Shown: piece after piece, positions 1 to 10,118 of the stretch | Layout of the letters: every line of letters begins with the position of its first letter | Numbering within the stretch: position 1 is the first letter of the stretch | Origin: an uncultured Gammaproteobacteria bacterium | Lineage (GTDB): Bacteria > Patescibacteriota > Microgenomatia > JALYQM01 | Assembly (NCBI GenBank): GCA_964403585.1 | Contig: CAYOFQ010000001.1 | Location: 443,364-507,363 of the forward strand | DNA length: 64,000 bases | Reading direction: 5' to 3' | Notes under the pieces: generated by a model | Database searches by the model: none | Told to the model about the DNA's origin: nothing | What the model saw: the letters and a program-made list of their open reading frames with translations, nothing else | Position numbers and translations under genes: made by a program

Positions 1-34
1 AATATACACTCCTATGTGGAGTTGAAATTTTAAC

Positions 35-556
35 ATGCTTGATACCTCACAGGAATTATTTGACATTGTTGACGAAAATGATATGCCCTTAGGCATAGTA
101 AAACCACGTGATCTGGTACATGTGGAGAAGCAGGATTGGCATCGCAGCACCACGATATATATTGTAAATAAAGACAATCAACTTTTATGCCAGCAACGCT
201 CGATGCGCAAAGACGCCAACCCCGGTGACTGGCAATGTTTTTTTGGCGGACACGTGCAGGCCGGGGAAACATATGAACAAAACGCCATTAAAGAGCTGGG
301 CGAAGAAATCGGGTTACAAATTCATAGTTCTGACCTGATCTTCATTGGCAAGGGTAAAGGTGAAAAAGATAAGCATCACGACGCTGCGTACGTTTATGAA
401 TGGAAAGGCAATGAACCAGAGTTGGTATTAAATGATGGAGAAGTCGAGCAAGTAAAATGGATGAGTCTTGATGAATATGCCGAACTGCGTAAAATGCGTG
501 ATAATTCGTATCATTTCAGGGAAATTCTATTAAAGTTTATAAAGCAACGAAAGTAA
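35..556 (+). CDS. Nudix hydrolase
   Basis: Nudix box GGHVQAGETYEQNAIKELGEEIGL (GX5EX7REUXEEXGU pattern) in the translation. Confidence 0.8.
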   Translation: MLDTSQELFDIVDENDMPLGIVKPRDLVHVEKQDWHRSTTIYIVNKDNQLLCQQRSMRKDANPGDWQCFFGGHVQAGETYEQNAIKELGEEIGLQIHSSDLIFIGKGKGEKDKHHDAAYVYEWKGNEPELVLNDGEVEQVKWMSLDEYAELRKMRDNSYHFREILLKFIKQRK

Positions 557-612
557 CCGGCTCAATCATCTCGCTACTTTACTCATGAAAGAGCTGTACT
601 ATAATAAAAAAG

Positions 613-1068
613 ATGATAATATCTGAAGTCTATCACCCCCAAGTAACGACAATCAAACCTGACAACACCATTGCCGAAGCGTTGGAAGGTATTATCGACA
701 GTGTTCATAATGGCTATATCGTCACCGATAATACCGATACTGTCGTCGGTGTTCTTTCGTTACAGGACATTGCCGCTGCTGTAGTCCCCGATGAATTTGA
801 GGAAAATCCAAATCTATCACTCGCGATGTATAAAAAAGGATTTTTCCATGAGCGCTGCCAGGAAATCAAAGGTAAAAAAGTTAAAGAAATAATGCGAACA
901 AATTTTATAAAGGTAACATTAAATACAAACATCTTGGCTGTTACCGCGGACTTCTTAAAAAATGATCTCTACATTGTGCCGGTTATTGATCAAAACAAGC
1001 TTGTTGGAATTGTTACCCGCACTGAAATCAAGAAAGCCCTTGCTCTCGGAATGAGTTTGCGCTCATAA
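613..1068 (+). CDS. CBS-domain pair protein
   Basis: Two CBS-like segments (…IVTDNTDTVVGVLSLQDI… and …IVPVIDQNKLVGIVTRTEI…). Confidence 0.55.
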   Translation: MIISEVYHPQVTTIKPDNTIAEALEGIIDSVHNGYIVTDNTDTVVGVLSLQDIAAAVVPDEFEENPNLSLAMYKKGFFHERCQEIKGKKVKEIMRTNFIKVTLNTNILAVTADFLKNDLYIVPVIDQNKLVGIVTRTEIKKALALGMSLRS

Positions 1069-1075
1069 TATCCTC

Positions 1076-2404
1076 ATGGAACATCTTGCCCTTAATTCAT
1101 TTTCTTTTTTATCAATTTTCGTCTTAGTTGTTGTATATTCCCTCTTGATAACAGAAAGGATAAATAAAGTAATTGTTGCTGTCTTCGGTGCATGTTTCCT
1201 AATTTTTATGCAGGTATTCCGTACAGCTACGCATACTTCTCAGGAGCAGGCCTTCGAGTTTATCAGCGGTAATCTCGATGTTCTTGGATTTGTCATCGGG
1301 ATGATGATTCTTGTGGGTATTGTTCGTGAGTCCGGTTTATTTGAATCAATCGCCATATGGATCGTTAAAAAAGTTAAGGGTAAGCCCATTCCACTTCTTA
1401 TCGCCATGGGCTATTTGACTTTATTTATGACTGCTACACTCTCAAATATTCCGACAGTACTAATTGTTACCCCTATTTTATTAGTTCTAATTAAAGAGCT
1501 GAAACTTCCGCCAATTCCGTACTTTATGGTTCTGGTTACAATGGCTAATATTGGCGGAGCCATGTCACCGATATCCGACCCTACGACATACTATCAGGCT
1601 AAGACCGTAGGATTGAAGTTCTTTGAGGTAGTAGAGAATTCCGGATTGACGGTTATAATTCTCTCGGTAGTATCACTCTGCTATTTTATTCTAATTTTCA
1701 AAAAACAATTGTCTGCAGTACAAATTTCTGAATCTGATGTAGCAATGTTTGATCCGAAAGCTGCCATAAAAAACTATTCCGTACTCAAATACGGAACACC
1801 TGTACTCTTCATAGCAATACTCTTGATGGTACTGAAGGAAACTATCCGCAACTCTTTTAACATAACTTTAGATAACGCAAGCATCGCCCTCTGCGCGGCT
1901 TTCATTGTTATGTTTTTATTCAGACATGAACCAAAAAAAGTATTTTCTCAGCTCATTGACTGGGAAATTATCTTTTTCTTTTCCGGACTATTTATTGTCG
2001 TCGGGGCACTGGAATTTACCAATGTTATCGATCTGCTTGCCCAAACACTGGTGTCGGTAACAGGAGGAAACCTGACCTATTTGCTTGGCTTCCTTTCAAT
2101 CGGCTCCGGACTTATTTCAACGTTCATCGACAACGTCCCGTATAACATTACCATGGTCGGTGCCGTACAACAGATGGCTGCGCAGGGAATTATGGTGTAT
2201 CCGTTATGGTGGGCATTGAATCTGGGCACTTCAATCGGAGGGGCAGGGTCACCTATTGGGGCAGCTTGTAATGTCGTTGCGCTTGGGCAAGGCGAAAAGG
2301 AGGGTATACACATACCATTTATGAAATATCTGATGATCGGGTTACCACTTGTTATGATTAATTCAGTAGTCGCGTTTATCGTAATTTGGCTGCGCTACCT
2401 TTAA
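1076..2404 (+). CDS. Ion-transporter superfamily permease (ArsB/NhaD-like)
   Basis: 442 aa, ~11-12 predicted TM helices; duplicated GxSxIG-type motif (LGTSIGGAGSPIGAA) typical of ArsB/NhaD/CitMHS permeases. Confidence 0.5.
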   Translation: MEHLALNSFSFLSIFVLVVVYSLLITERINKVIVAVFGACFLIFMQVFRTATHTSQEQAFEFISGNLDVLGFVIGMMILVGIVRESGLFESIAIWIVKKVKGKPIPLLIAMGYLTLFMTATLSNIPTVLIVTPILLVLIKELKLPPIPYFMVLVTMANIGGAMSPISDPTTYYQAKTVGLKFFEVVENSGLTVIILSVVSLCYFILIFKKQLSAVQISESDVAMFDPKAAIKNYSVLKYGTPVLFIAILLMVLKETIRNSFNITLDNASIALCAAFIVMFLFRHEPKKVFSQLIDWEIIFFFSGLFIVVGALEFTNVIDLLAQTLVSVTGGNLTYLLGFLSIGSGLISTFIDNVPYNITMVGAVQQMAAQGIMVYPLWWALNLGTSIGGAGSPIGAACNVVALGQGEKEGIHIPFMKYLMIGLPLVMINSVVAFIVIWLRYL

Positions 2405-2407
2405 TTG

Positions 2408-2440
2408 TATAAAAATGCCGGAGCTATGGAGCTCCGGCAT
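2408..2440 (-). terminator. Rho-independent terminator-like hairpin (for 2471..3346 minus gene, possibly bidirectional)
   Basis: Perfect 9-bp stem gccggagct/agctccggc with 4-nt loop; A-run on plus side gives a U-tract for minus-strand transcription. Confidence 0.55.
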
Positions 2441-2470
2441 AAACCAAACCATCATCTCTCACCTAATCCG

Positions 2471-3346
2471 TTAATAGTATCTCCAATTTGAATCCGAGTT
2501 ATCGTATGTATAACAGTCGTCGTAGTTATTGCGAACAGTAAAAAACTTTTTCTGTGGATATTGGTTATAGTTTTTTGTGGCGTAATTATGGGTTGAGCCC
2601 GTATAAACTGGAACTTTTACATAGTAGTACTGCGGAACCAGCCCTCCTACGTTGAACTGATATTTATCATTATCTTTATACGAATAGTGATGTGAATAAT
2701 CTACCGGCTTTACGTATTTCTTCTCATAGTCGTAACTTTTATTGTACGTATAGTTATTCTTGGTGTACTTAGTATTCCAGTTATCATTCTTCACATACGT
2801 GTTTTTTTTATCGTTATCATAATCCTTTTTATCGTTGTGGTAATTGTTAGTGTGGTTGTCATTGTTATAACTTACATGATTATTTGAGGAATGATCTTCT
2901 TTGTGATCATCCTTCTTTTCAACGTAATGCTCATCTTTATTCCTGTCGTTGTAGTCTTCATGATGCTCGTCTTTATGGTTTGAGTCATATTTATCATCAT
3001 GGTCTTTGTCCCAATCCGAGTAACGGGCGCCACCTATATTTACCGGGTAAAAGCTGTTGTTCCCATAGAAATGGTGTAAATCTTTTTCATCATAGTTATC
3101 CTTATTGTACTTTTGGTCATCGTAGTTCCGGTTATCGTAGTTGTGGAAGTTATAGGATGACATAGTTTGATCATGACGATCTTTGTCATAATCGTGTGAA
3201 ACTTTCTCTTGATCATGCCAAGAATAGGTCTGTAATTTGTAATCGTTATCATGGTCATAATCATGATAATCATAGTCGGACGCTGAAACCGCTCGTGGTG
3301 CCGCGAATACCAGGACCACTGCTAAAGCGAGCAGTGCTTTTTTCAT
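2471..3346 (-). CDS. Secreted low-complexity Asp/Tyr/His/Asn/Lys-rich protein
   Basis: N-terminal signal peptide MKKALLALAVVLVFAAPRAVSA; body made of degenerate DYD/HDYD/NYD/KDNYDEKD repeats; antisense ORFs inside are compositional artefacts. Confidence 0.65.
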   Translation of the reverse strand: MKKALLALAVVLVFAAPRAVSASDYDYHDYDHDNDYKLQTYSWHDQEKVSHDYDKDRHDQTMSSYNFHNYDNRNYDDQKYNKDNYDEKDLHHFYGNNSFYPVNIGGARYSDWDKDHDDKYDSNHKDEHHEDYNDRNKDEHYVEKKDDHKEDHSSNNHVSYNNDNHTNNYHNDKKDYDNDKKNTYVKNDNWNTKYTKNNYTYNKSYDYEKKYVKPVDYSHHYSYKDNDKYQFNVGGLVPQYYYVKVPVYTGSTHNYATKNYNQYPQKKFFTVRNNYDDCYTYDNSDSNWRYY

Positions 3347-3480
3347 AAGCCCTCCCTCAGAAAGTTATAATATAATTATAATTTTTACAGTCTATCAGAT
3401 TATAAAGCACCATACAAGAGATATTGCCTTTATAATGGCTAAAAATGCATGTCTTGCGTCCATACTTAATTTACTATTCA

Positions 3481-5238
3481 ATGGATGTAGCTATGCCCGA
3501 TTTTAAACTCAATGAATTGAGAAAATTTTTTCCGTTTCTGGATTGGTTTAATGCGAAAACTAAAAAGGCCCTGGTTCCTGATACTATTGCCGGCATTGTC
3601 GTGGCCTTAATTCTCATTCCGCAATCTATAGCCTATGCGCAGCTGGCCGGACTTCCACCACAAATGGGATTATATGCCGCGTTCGTCGGCCCAATTGTGG
3701 CTGCCTTGTTCGGATCAAGTACCAAGTTGTCTACCGGGCCGGTAGCGGTAATATCACTCATTACTGCCAGTGCCTTTAGCGCGCTTAATATTACCGATAT
3801 ACCAACTATTGTCGAATACACTATTTTTCTCGCCGTTATGGTCGGTTTAATTCAATTACTTTTTGGGCTCTTACGCTTAGGAGTAATCGTTAATTTTATT
3901 TCTCATCCGGTCATGCTTGGTTTCTCTAACGCCGCAGCCATAATCATTGCGACATCCCAGCTGCCAAAAGTATTCGGAGTAAAAGTTGGCAATTTCGAAC
4001 ACCATTACGAAACCATGGCCGATTTTATTACATCGTTGCCAAACTCTTTTCACTTGCTATCCCTGATTTTTGCCGTGTGCGCAATTGGAACAATAATTAT
4101 CTTAAAAAAAATACATCCACTTATCCCGGGTGTACTGATAGTCATGGCGCTGTCCACCATCCTTTCATGGGGAATCGGCTACGAACAGATTGGCGGCAGT
4201 ATTGTCGGAAGTATTCCTCCGGGAATACCTCGTTTATCCTGGGTAAATTTCGATTTATCCGCGGTCCCGGTATTAATCTCGACCGCATTTGTTATTTCCA
4301 TTCTCGGATTTATGGAATCGTTTTCAATCGGTAAGTCCTTGGCCTTAAAGAGCGGAGAAAAAGTAAATGCCAATCAGGAATTTATCGGTCAGGGGCTTGC
4401 CAATATCGCCAGTGCGGCAGTACAGGGATATCCGATCTCCGGGTCATTTTCCCGTTCGGCTGTCAACTTCCAGGCTGGAGCACAAACCGGGATTTCCAGC
4501 GTTGTTGCCGGTCTCTGCGTATTGATAACCCTACTATTCTTCACACCGCTGCTGTATCATTTACCACAATCTGTACTCTCTGCCATTATCATTACGTCGG
4601 TAATAACCCTCATCAATCTTGAGAAATTAAAAGATACCTTCCGGATAATCCGCAGCGACGGACTTATTGCCATAATCACATTTGTAACAACATTATTCTT
4701 TGCCCCGCATTTGGATAAAGGTATTCTAATAGGTATCTCTTTAAGTATGGCCTATTACATCTATACCCGAACCAAGCCCCATATCGGCGTCTTTACTACC
4801 AGTAGATCAGGGAAGTTAATCGAGATTCATGATCATGCCCACAAGCAATGCAATTATATATCGATCCTCAGTTTTGACGGGTCACTATTTTTTGCCAACG
4901 CAGCGTATCTGGAAGGTAAAATCACCAGCATGCTGGCTGTACACAACAAGCATATCCGCTATATAATTCTCGATGCCCAGGGTATCAACTTTCTTGATAC
5001 ATCGGGAATTGAAACACTGGAAAATATTATTAAAAGCCTGCATGAACTAAAAATTGAATTAGTATTTGTTCGGGTAAAAGAAGACATTCTGGCTACTACT
5101 AAAAACACCGAACTGTACTCATTTATAAAACGCCATCAGTTCGAATCCAGAACCAACGCCATTCGGGCAATTTACGCCAAAGCACACTACGAAGTTGAGG
5201 AACCAAGTTGTCCGCTGTACAAGTTACTAGAATCATAA
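3481..5238 (+). CDS. SulP-family anion (sulfate) permease with C-terminal STAS domain
   Basis: Canonical SulP N-terminus …DTIAGIVVALILIPQSIAYAQLAGLPPQMGLYAAF…; C-terminal STAS-like region; start probably MDVAMPDF (3481) rather than 3445. Confidence 0.85.
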   Translation: MDVAMPDFKLNELRKFFPFLDWFNAKTKKALVPDTIAGIVVALILIPQSIAYAQLAGLPPQMGLYAAFVGPIVAALFGSSTKLSTGPVAVISLITASAFSALNITDIPTIVEYTIFLAVMVGLIQLLFGLLRLGVIVNFISHPVMLGFSNAAAIIIATSQLPKVFGVKVGNFEHHYETMADFITSLPNSFHLLSLIFAVCAIGTIIILKKIHPLIPGVLIVMALSTILSWGIGYEQIGGSIVGSIPPGIPRLSWVNFDLSAVPVLISTAFVISILGFMESFSIGKSLALKSGEKVNANQEFIGQGLANIASAAVQGYPISGSFSRSAVNFQAGAQTGISSVVAGLCVLITLLFFTPLLYHLPQSVLSAIIITSVITLINLEKLKDTFRIIRSDGLIAIITFVTTLFFAPHLDKGILIGISLSMAYYIYTRTKPHIGVFTTSRSGKLIEIHDHAHKQCNYISILSFDGSLFFANAAYLEGKITSMLAVHNKHIRYIILDAQGINFLDTSGIETLENIIKSLHELKIELVFVRVKEDILATTKNTELYSFIKRHQFESRTNAIRAIYAKAHYEVEEPSCPLYKLLES

Positions 5239-5239
5239 T

Positions 5240-7012
5240 ATGAAACGAACGTTTGAAATTACTGATGACCTCTTGAGTTGGCGAGATGTATTTAAAGCTG
5301 CCTGGTACTTTTTGGCCGGCGACCGGAAGAAATTCATTCTGCTCATTTCTTTTCTCTCGATAGTGTATTTTTACTACCTCATTCCACCGTATATTCTCGG
5401 ACAAAGTGTCGACTTCTTCACGCACTACCGCCCCGGAGACGATCTGCAGTATTTTTATAATCTCTGTTTATTCCTGGCGGTAAGTACCATCACGGTGTCA
5501 TTTATTCGACTATTCAGTAAAGGGTCGGTGGCGAAAATAAGTGCCAATGCCCGCTACAAAGTTAAAGTATGGGGCTTCGACCGGCTGACCAATTTTTCGT
5601 TGCAGTGGCATGAACAGGAAAACACCGGAAATAAAGTACAGCGGATTCTGACCGGAAGCAAAGCCCTGGAAAACTTGTTCAAATTCCTTTCGAATAATCT
5701 ATTAGTCCTCATTGCGACATTTATCGGAACTGCGGTAACAGCCATTAGCATTAATCCCGGCTTTATTTTCTTCTATCTTCTCTATTTTGCCGTAATTGTG
5801 AGTATTGAAGTTATTTTTGATCGCAAATTAACACTGCTTATGGTCGAGTACAACCGTACTATTGAAAACACCAGCGGCACTGTCTATGAAAGTATGTCCA
5901 ATATGCTGGCGATTAAAGCACTGGGCGCGCAAGCCACCGTAGCACAGGCAGTTCAGGACAAAGAATTAGCCGCTAAATTAGTTACCTATAAGCGTATTCG
6001 ATTAGGTAATCTTAAATGGTCACTCTTCCAAACAGCCAATGGAATATTTTATTCGGTCTATCTATTGATGATGGGCTATGAGATTATCAACGGGCGAATG
6101 AGCCCCGGAAGTATTTTAATTCTCGGGTTATATTTCACAAACTTGCGTGATCGTATCATCGATTTTGCCGAAAGTATCGGTGATCTTCTCGAAATCCGTT
6201 CTGAAATTTCACGCATGATGCCGATTTTCTGGAAGGGGCACCAGTTAACCACCGGCAACAATAAATTTCCGTTCCGATGGAATAAAATTCAACTCAAAAA
6301 CGCGAGCTTTTCGTATAAACAGGACAGCACAACAATTAAGAAAATCAATTTCAGCATTAAACGCAACGAAAAAATCGGTATCGCTGGACCTTCCGGCTCG
6401 GGAAAATCCACTTTGGCAAAATTATTTTTAGGACTCTATCACATTGATTCAGGATCATTTACCGTCGGAACACAGGATTATTATAGTATTGACCATGATG
6501 AGATTATCAGTAACATGACGGTCGTCCTACAGGAATCCGAACTATTTAACTTAACGCTTCGCGAAAATATTACCATGATGCGCGAAGTTGATCAGGATAT
6601 CTTCCTGCAGGCAATCAAAATAGCCCAGTTGGAGGAACTCCTGGCGAGACTGCCCAAAGGGATTGAAACGCAAATCGGCGAAAAAGGGTATGCCTTATCC
6701 GGTGGAGAGCGCCAGCGGGTTGGAATTGCCCGTGCCGTAGTTCGAAATGCACCGGTTATGATTCTCGACGAAGCAACATCGGCGCTGGACAGTACTACAG
6801 AAAAGAAAGTTATGGATGCACTATTGGGGGAATACGGAAATAATAAAACCATGCTGATTATTGCTCATCGCATCGCCACGCTAAAAAATACTGATCGGGT
6901 GTATGTGTTTAATCAGGGAGAGATTGTTGAGAACGGCACCTTTCATGAGCTCGCCAACACCAGCGGGTCACACTTTAAAGCCTTATACGATCTACAAATG
7001 AGAACCGAATAA
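5240..7012 (+). CDS. ABC exporter, fused permease/ATPase (MsbA-like)
   Basis: 6-TM N-domain; Walker A GPSGSGKST, ABC signature LSGGERQRVGIARAV, Walker B ILDEATSALD. Confidence 0.85.
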   Translation: MKRTFEITDDLLSWRDVFKAAWYFLAGDRKKFILLISFLSIVYFYYLIPPYILGQSVDFFTHYRPGDDLQYFYNLCLFLAVSTITVSFIRLFSKGSVAKISANARYKVKVWGFDRLTNFSLQWHEQENTGNKVQRILTGSKALENLFKFLSNNLLVLIATFIGTAVTAISINPGFIFFYLLYFAVIVSIEVIFDRKLTLLMVEYNRTIENTSGTVYESMSNMLAIKALGAQATVAQAVQDKELAAKLVTYKRIRLGNLKWSLFQTANGIFYSVYLLMMGYEIINGRMSPGSILILGLYFTNLRDRIIDFAESIGDLLEIRSEISRMMPIFWKGHQLTTGNNKFPFRWNKIQLKNASFSYKQDSTTIKKINFSIKRNEKIGIAGPSGSGKSTLAKLFLGLYHIDSGSFTVGTQDYYSIDHDEIISNMTVVLQESELFNLTLRENITMMREVDQDIFLQAIKIAQLEELLARLPKGIETQIGEKGYALSGGERQRVGIARAVVRNAPVMILDEATSALDSTTEKKVMDALLGEYGNNKTMLIIAHRIATLKNTDRVYVFNQGEIVENGTFHELANTSGSHFKALYDLQMRTE

Positions 7013-7040
7013 ATGAAGATAACTGGTGTATAATAGAGTG

Positions 7041-8204
7041 ATGAAATTATATAATTCCCTCAGTAACCAGGTTGAAAACTTTATTCCCTTTAACGAAAAA
7101 ATAATAAAAATGTATGTCTGTGGCATAACTCCGTACGACACAACGCACCTTGGGCACGCCTTTTTATATACATTCTTTGACGCGCTCAACAGATATTTTC
7201 GGTATAAAGGGTACCAGGTTACCTATGTTCAGAACGTCACCGACATCGACGACGATATTCTGAAGCGGGCTAAACTGCAAAATAAAGACTGGCAGGAACT
7301 CGGGCAATTCTGGACAGATAAATTTGTTAATGATTTGAAGATGTTGAATATTTTGATGCCCGAGCACTATGTCAAAGCAACCGACTCAATGGAAAAAATT
7401 ATCGAAATGGTAACCGGACTGGTTAAAGAGGGATTGGCATACGAAGTGGACGGAACCGTATTCTTTCGTGTCCAGAAATTTACTCAGTACGGGGCACTTT
7501 CCAAATATACGCCGGAGCAAATGATCCTTCTTTCCAAAGAGCGTGGCGCGAATCCCGATGATCCCCGCAAAGAATATGCCTTGGATTTTATTCTCTGGCA
7601 AAAATCATTGGAAGGGGAGCCAAGCTGGGATTCACCATGGGGAAAAGGTCGTCCCGGATGGCATATCGAATGCTCGGCTATGGTAGGTCAATATCTGGGC
7701 GAACAGATAGATATTCATGGCGGAGGCAGGGATCTTATCTATCCGCACCACGAAAGTGAAATAGCCCAATCCGAAGGCTTTAGCCATAAGCATCCCTATG
7801 TAAAAACATGGATGCACGCGGCAATGTTAATGTATCAGGGTGAAAAAATGTCCAAATCACTTGGAAATTTAATCATGGTTTCAGACTTACTAAAAAAGTA
7901 TGAACCTAACGTGATTCGCTGGGTTCTTTTATCTCACCACTATCGTACTCCATGGGAGTTTTTCAACGATGAATTAGACATGGCCAACCATAACTTAGAT
8001 CAGTTATATCAAAAACTTAAGCAGGCCTCCGGAACGCCAAATCCTCAGATAATGAACCGCTTCGAATCGCTAATGGAAGAAGATGTCCAAACAGAGAAGG
8101 TCCTGGAGTTGCTAAAGAATACTGCTTCCGGTGAAGTAGACAACGAATCTGCACAAGCATTACAGATTATTTATACAACCCTTGGCTTTACTCAACGAGA
8201 TTAA
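7041..8204 (+). CDS. cysS: Cysteine--tRNA ligase (short form)
   Basis: MYVCGITPYD, HIGH-type HLGHA, KMSKSLGN motif; N-terminus aligns with CysRS from MKLYNSL; 388 aa, so the C-terminal anticodon domain is shortened. Confidence 0.8.
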   Translation: MKLYNSLSNQVENFIPFNEKIIKMYVCGITPYDTTHLGHAFLYTFFDALNRYFRYKGYQVTYVQNVTDIDDDILKRAKLQNKDWQELGQFWTDKFVNDLKMLNILMPEHYVKATDSMEKIIEMVTGLVKEGLAYEVDGTVFFRVQKFTQYGALSKYTPEQMILLSKERGANPDDPRKEYALDFILWQKSLEGEPSWDSPWGKGRPGWHIECSAMVGQYLGEQIDIHGGGRDLIYPHHESEIAQSEGFSHKHPYVKTWMHAAMLMYQGEKMSKSLGNLIMVSDLLKKYEPNVIRWVLLSHHYRTPWEFFNDELDMANHNLDQLYQKLKQASGTPNPQIMNRFESLMEEDVQTEKVLELLKNTASGEVDNESAQALQIIYTTLGFTQRD

Positions 8205-8931
8205 AAAATCGAAGTATACCGGTTGCAATACCTTGTGCTGCGGTATCCGACTTTTGAACAATTATTTTTCTGTCTGAAGCATTAGTGAGAAAACCGGTTT
8301 CAATAATAGCTGCAGTCGCCATCGGGTGTATGGCATGATCATACCGTCGATAATTAAAGGCATAGTAGCCGCGCATATTGCGGGTGATTTCCGGGTCCTG
8401 CGCTAACCCGGTCTGTTCACCATACGCATCTTCCAGAGCGGCAACCAGATCCGCAGCTTTGCCGGTTCGGTCAAAGCGGGGAGAGGCTACTTTATACCCG
8501 GAAGCGGAAGTACTGGTACTTCCATCGGCATGTATCGAGAGAAACACATCAGCCCAATAATCCGGTGGTATAGTGGCAGGGAGTATTTCTACTTCCACAC
8601 CATATTCGCGCAATAGTGTCGCGGTAGTTTCAGCGATTGTATAATTGACCTCCCATTCGTTCTTACCGCCGCCACTGGTGCCGGTAGAAGTACGGAGATT
8701 TTGCAACTCCTCGGGCAGCTCTCCTTGCTTCCAGTGCCCTACCTGCAGGCCAACTTTTAACGGACCATCCGGACGCTTCCAGGCGGTAAATTCCGGCAAC
8801 TGTATGAGCGGTTCATTGTCGCTACCTACTGTGGGTGACTCAGGAACAGTAGCAAAATCCTTAATAGGCGAAAGTTGCGCAACAGCAAGTAACCCGAATA
8901 TCAGGATGGTTAACCAAATATATTTCTTCAC
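8188..8931 (-). CDS. N-acetylmuramoyl-L-alanine amidase (Amidase_3 family), secreted
   Basis: Signal peptide; LSIHADGS … AIIETGFLTN motifs typical of MurNAc-LAA (CwlD/AmiC type). Confidence 0.65.
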   Translation of the reverse strand: MKKYIWLTILIFGLLAVAQLSPIKDFATVPESPTVGSDNEPLIQLPEFTAWKRPDGPLKVGLQVGHWKQGELPEELQNLRTSTGTSGGGKNEWEVNYTIAETTATLLREYGVEVEILPATIPPDYWADVFLSIHADGSTSTSASGYKVASPRFDRTGKAADLVAALEDAYGEQTGLAQDPEITRNMRGYYAFNYRRYDHAIHPMATAAIIETGFLTNASDRKIIVQKSDTAAQGIATGILRFFNLVE

Positions 8932-9012
8932 CTGGCTACCTTAGCAGAGTCGGTTGAGAATTACCTGAAGAAGTCTCTTGCAATTACACCGGCGCGGTGA
9001 CATGATTAATAT

Positions 9013-9543
9013 ATGTTTGCCGATAGCCCTACCAGGCACAAATTTCCATTAAGTTATAAAAAAATAACTAAGAAAACCATCACCAGCGTTTTACCGGTAT
9101 TTATTTTGCTGATGTTTATTAATTTTATTGCCATAAGTGTATTTGTGATAGGCCAAGCTTCAGGTAGTTTCAACGCTAATCCACTGATCCTATTTATGAT
9201 GATCGGCAGCGTTTCCCTCCTTGGGTTATATGCTCTAATCCAGTATCTCTATCAAAAAGCATATTTCGACACCTATTATTACGACCTCAATGAACACTTT
9301 ATTGTCATTAAAAAAGGGGTCTTCTTCCCGCGGGAGATCAACATTCCGTATGAAAGAGTACAGGATGTGTATGTTGATCAGGATCTCTTTGATCGGCTGC
9401 TATCTATTTACGATGTGCATCTCTCCAGTGCAACCGTAACTTCAGGTATGCATGCACATATCGACGGCGTAGAAAAGGTACCCGCAGACGGCCTGCGCGA
9501 CGAACTGCTTAATAAAATTCACCAGAAAATAAGCAAAAAATAG
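9013..9543 (+). CDS. Membrane-flanked bacterial PH domain protein (bPH_2/DUF304, YdbS-like)
   Basis: 2 TM helices then …FIVIKKGVFFPREINIPYERVQDVYVDQDLFDRL…. Confidence 0.55.
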   Translation: MFADSPTRHKFPLSYKKITKKTITSVLPVFILLMFINFIAISVFVIGQASGSFNANPLILFMMIGSVSLLGLYALIQYLYQKAYFDTYYYDLNEHFIVIKKGVFFPREINIPYERVQDVYVDQDLFDRLLSIYDVHLSSATVTSGMHAHIDGVEKVPADGLRDELLNKIHQKISKK

Positions 9544-9544
9544 T

Positions 9545-10117
9545 ATGCCAAAATCAGAAAATATTTTTCCTATCCAGCCTATTTGGGCACTCCGAAACGT
9601 TTTCTATACCATTCTGGGGATGCCCCTCCCGCTGCTTTTTATCTGGTTTGCTTTTGGGACGTCAGTCAACGGAAAGGACTGGGGAAAGCCAGTAGGCTAT
9701 CTGCTGATGTTTATCGTATTTACCGTAGTCTCGCTCCCGTTAAATTTTATCTATACAATTCTCAGAATGCTGACCTTTCACTACCTGCTCGAGGAAAGTA
9801 ACTTCATCATTAAGGAAGGCGTTATTTACAAGCAGAACCGTACTATCCCGTATAGCAGTATCCAAACTGTTTCAGTTCACCAGGGACTATTTGAGCGAAT
9901 TGCCCACCTCGCCACACTTCAAATTGAAAACGCCTCCGATGGCGGCGGACAGTATCTGCAATTAAACTATAAGCAACAGCGTTCAATTGAAGGTACTATC
10001 GGATCATACGGGAACATTGTTACGCTACCCGGCTTACATCAGGATGATGCCCAGAAACTAAAAGAGACGCTGTTAAATAAAATTAAAAATACCAGTACTG
10101 TAGAGTTAGGAATCTAA
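9545..10117 (+). CDS. Membrane-flanked bacterial PH domain protein (bPH_2/DUF304), tandem paralog
   Basis: …FIIKEGVIYKQNRTIPYSSIQTVSVHQGLFERI… same motif order as the upstream gene; 2-bp gap between the genes. Confidence 0.55.
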   Translation: MPKSENIFPIQPIWALRNVFYTILGMPLPLLFIWFAFGTSVNGKDWGKPVGYLLMFIVFTVVSLPLNFIYTILRMLTFHYLLEESNFIIKEGVIYKQNRTIPYSSIQTVSVHQGLFERIAHLATLQIENASDGGGQYLQLNYKQQRSIEGTIGSYGNIVTLPGLHQDDAQKLKETLLNKIKNTSTVELGI

Positions 10118-10118
10118 T

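Noticed and set aside
2884-3273. Plus- and minus-strand ORFs (93 aa, 77 aa) inside the D/Y/H-rich gene
   Set aside because: Repeat-driven shadow ORFs; their translations are low-complexity mirror images of the real minus-strand gene.
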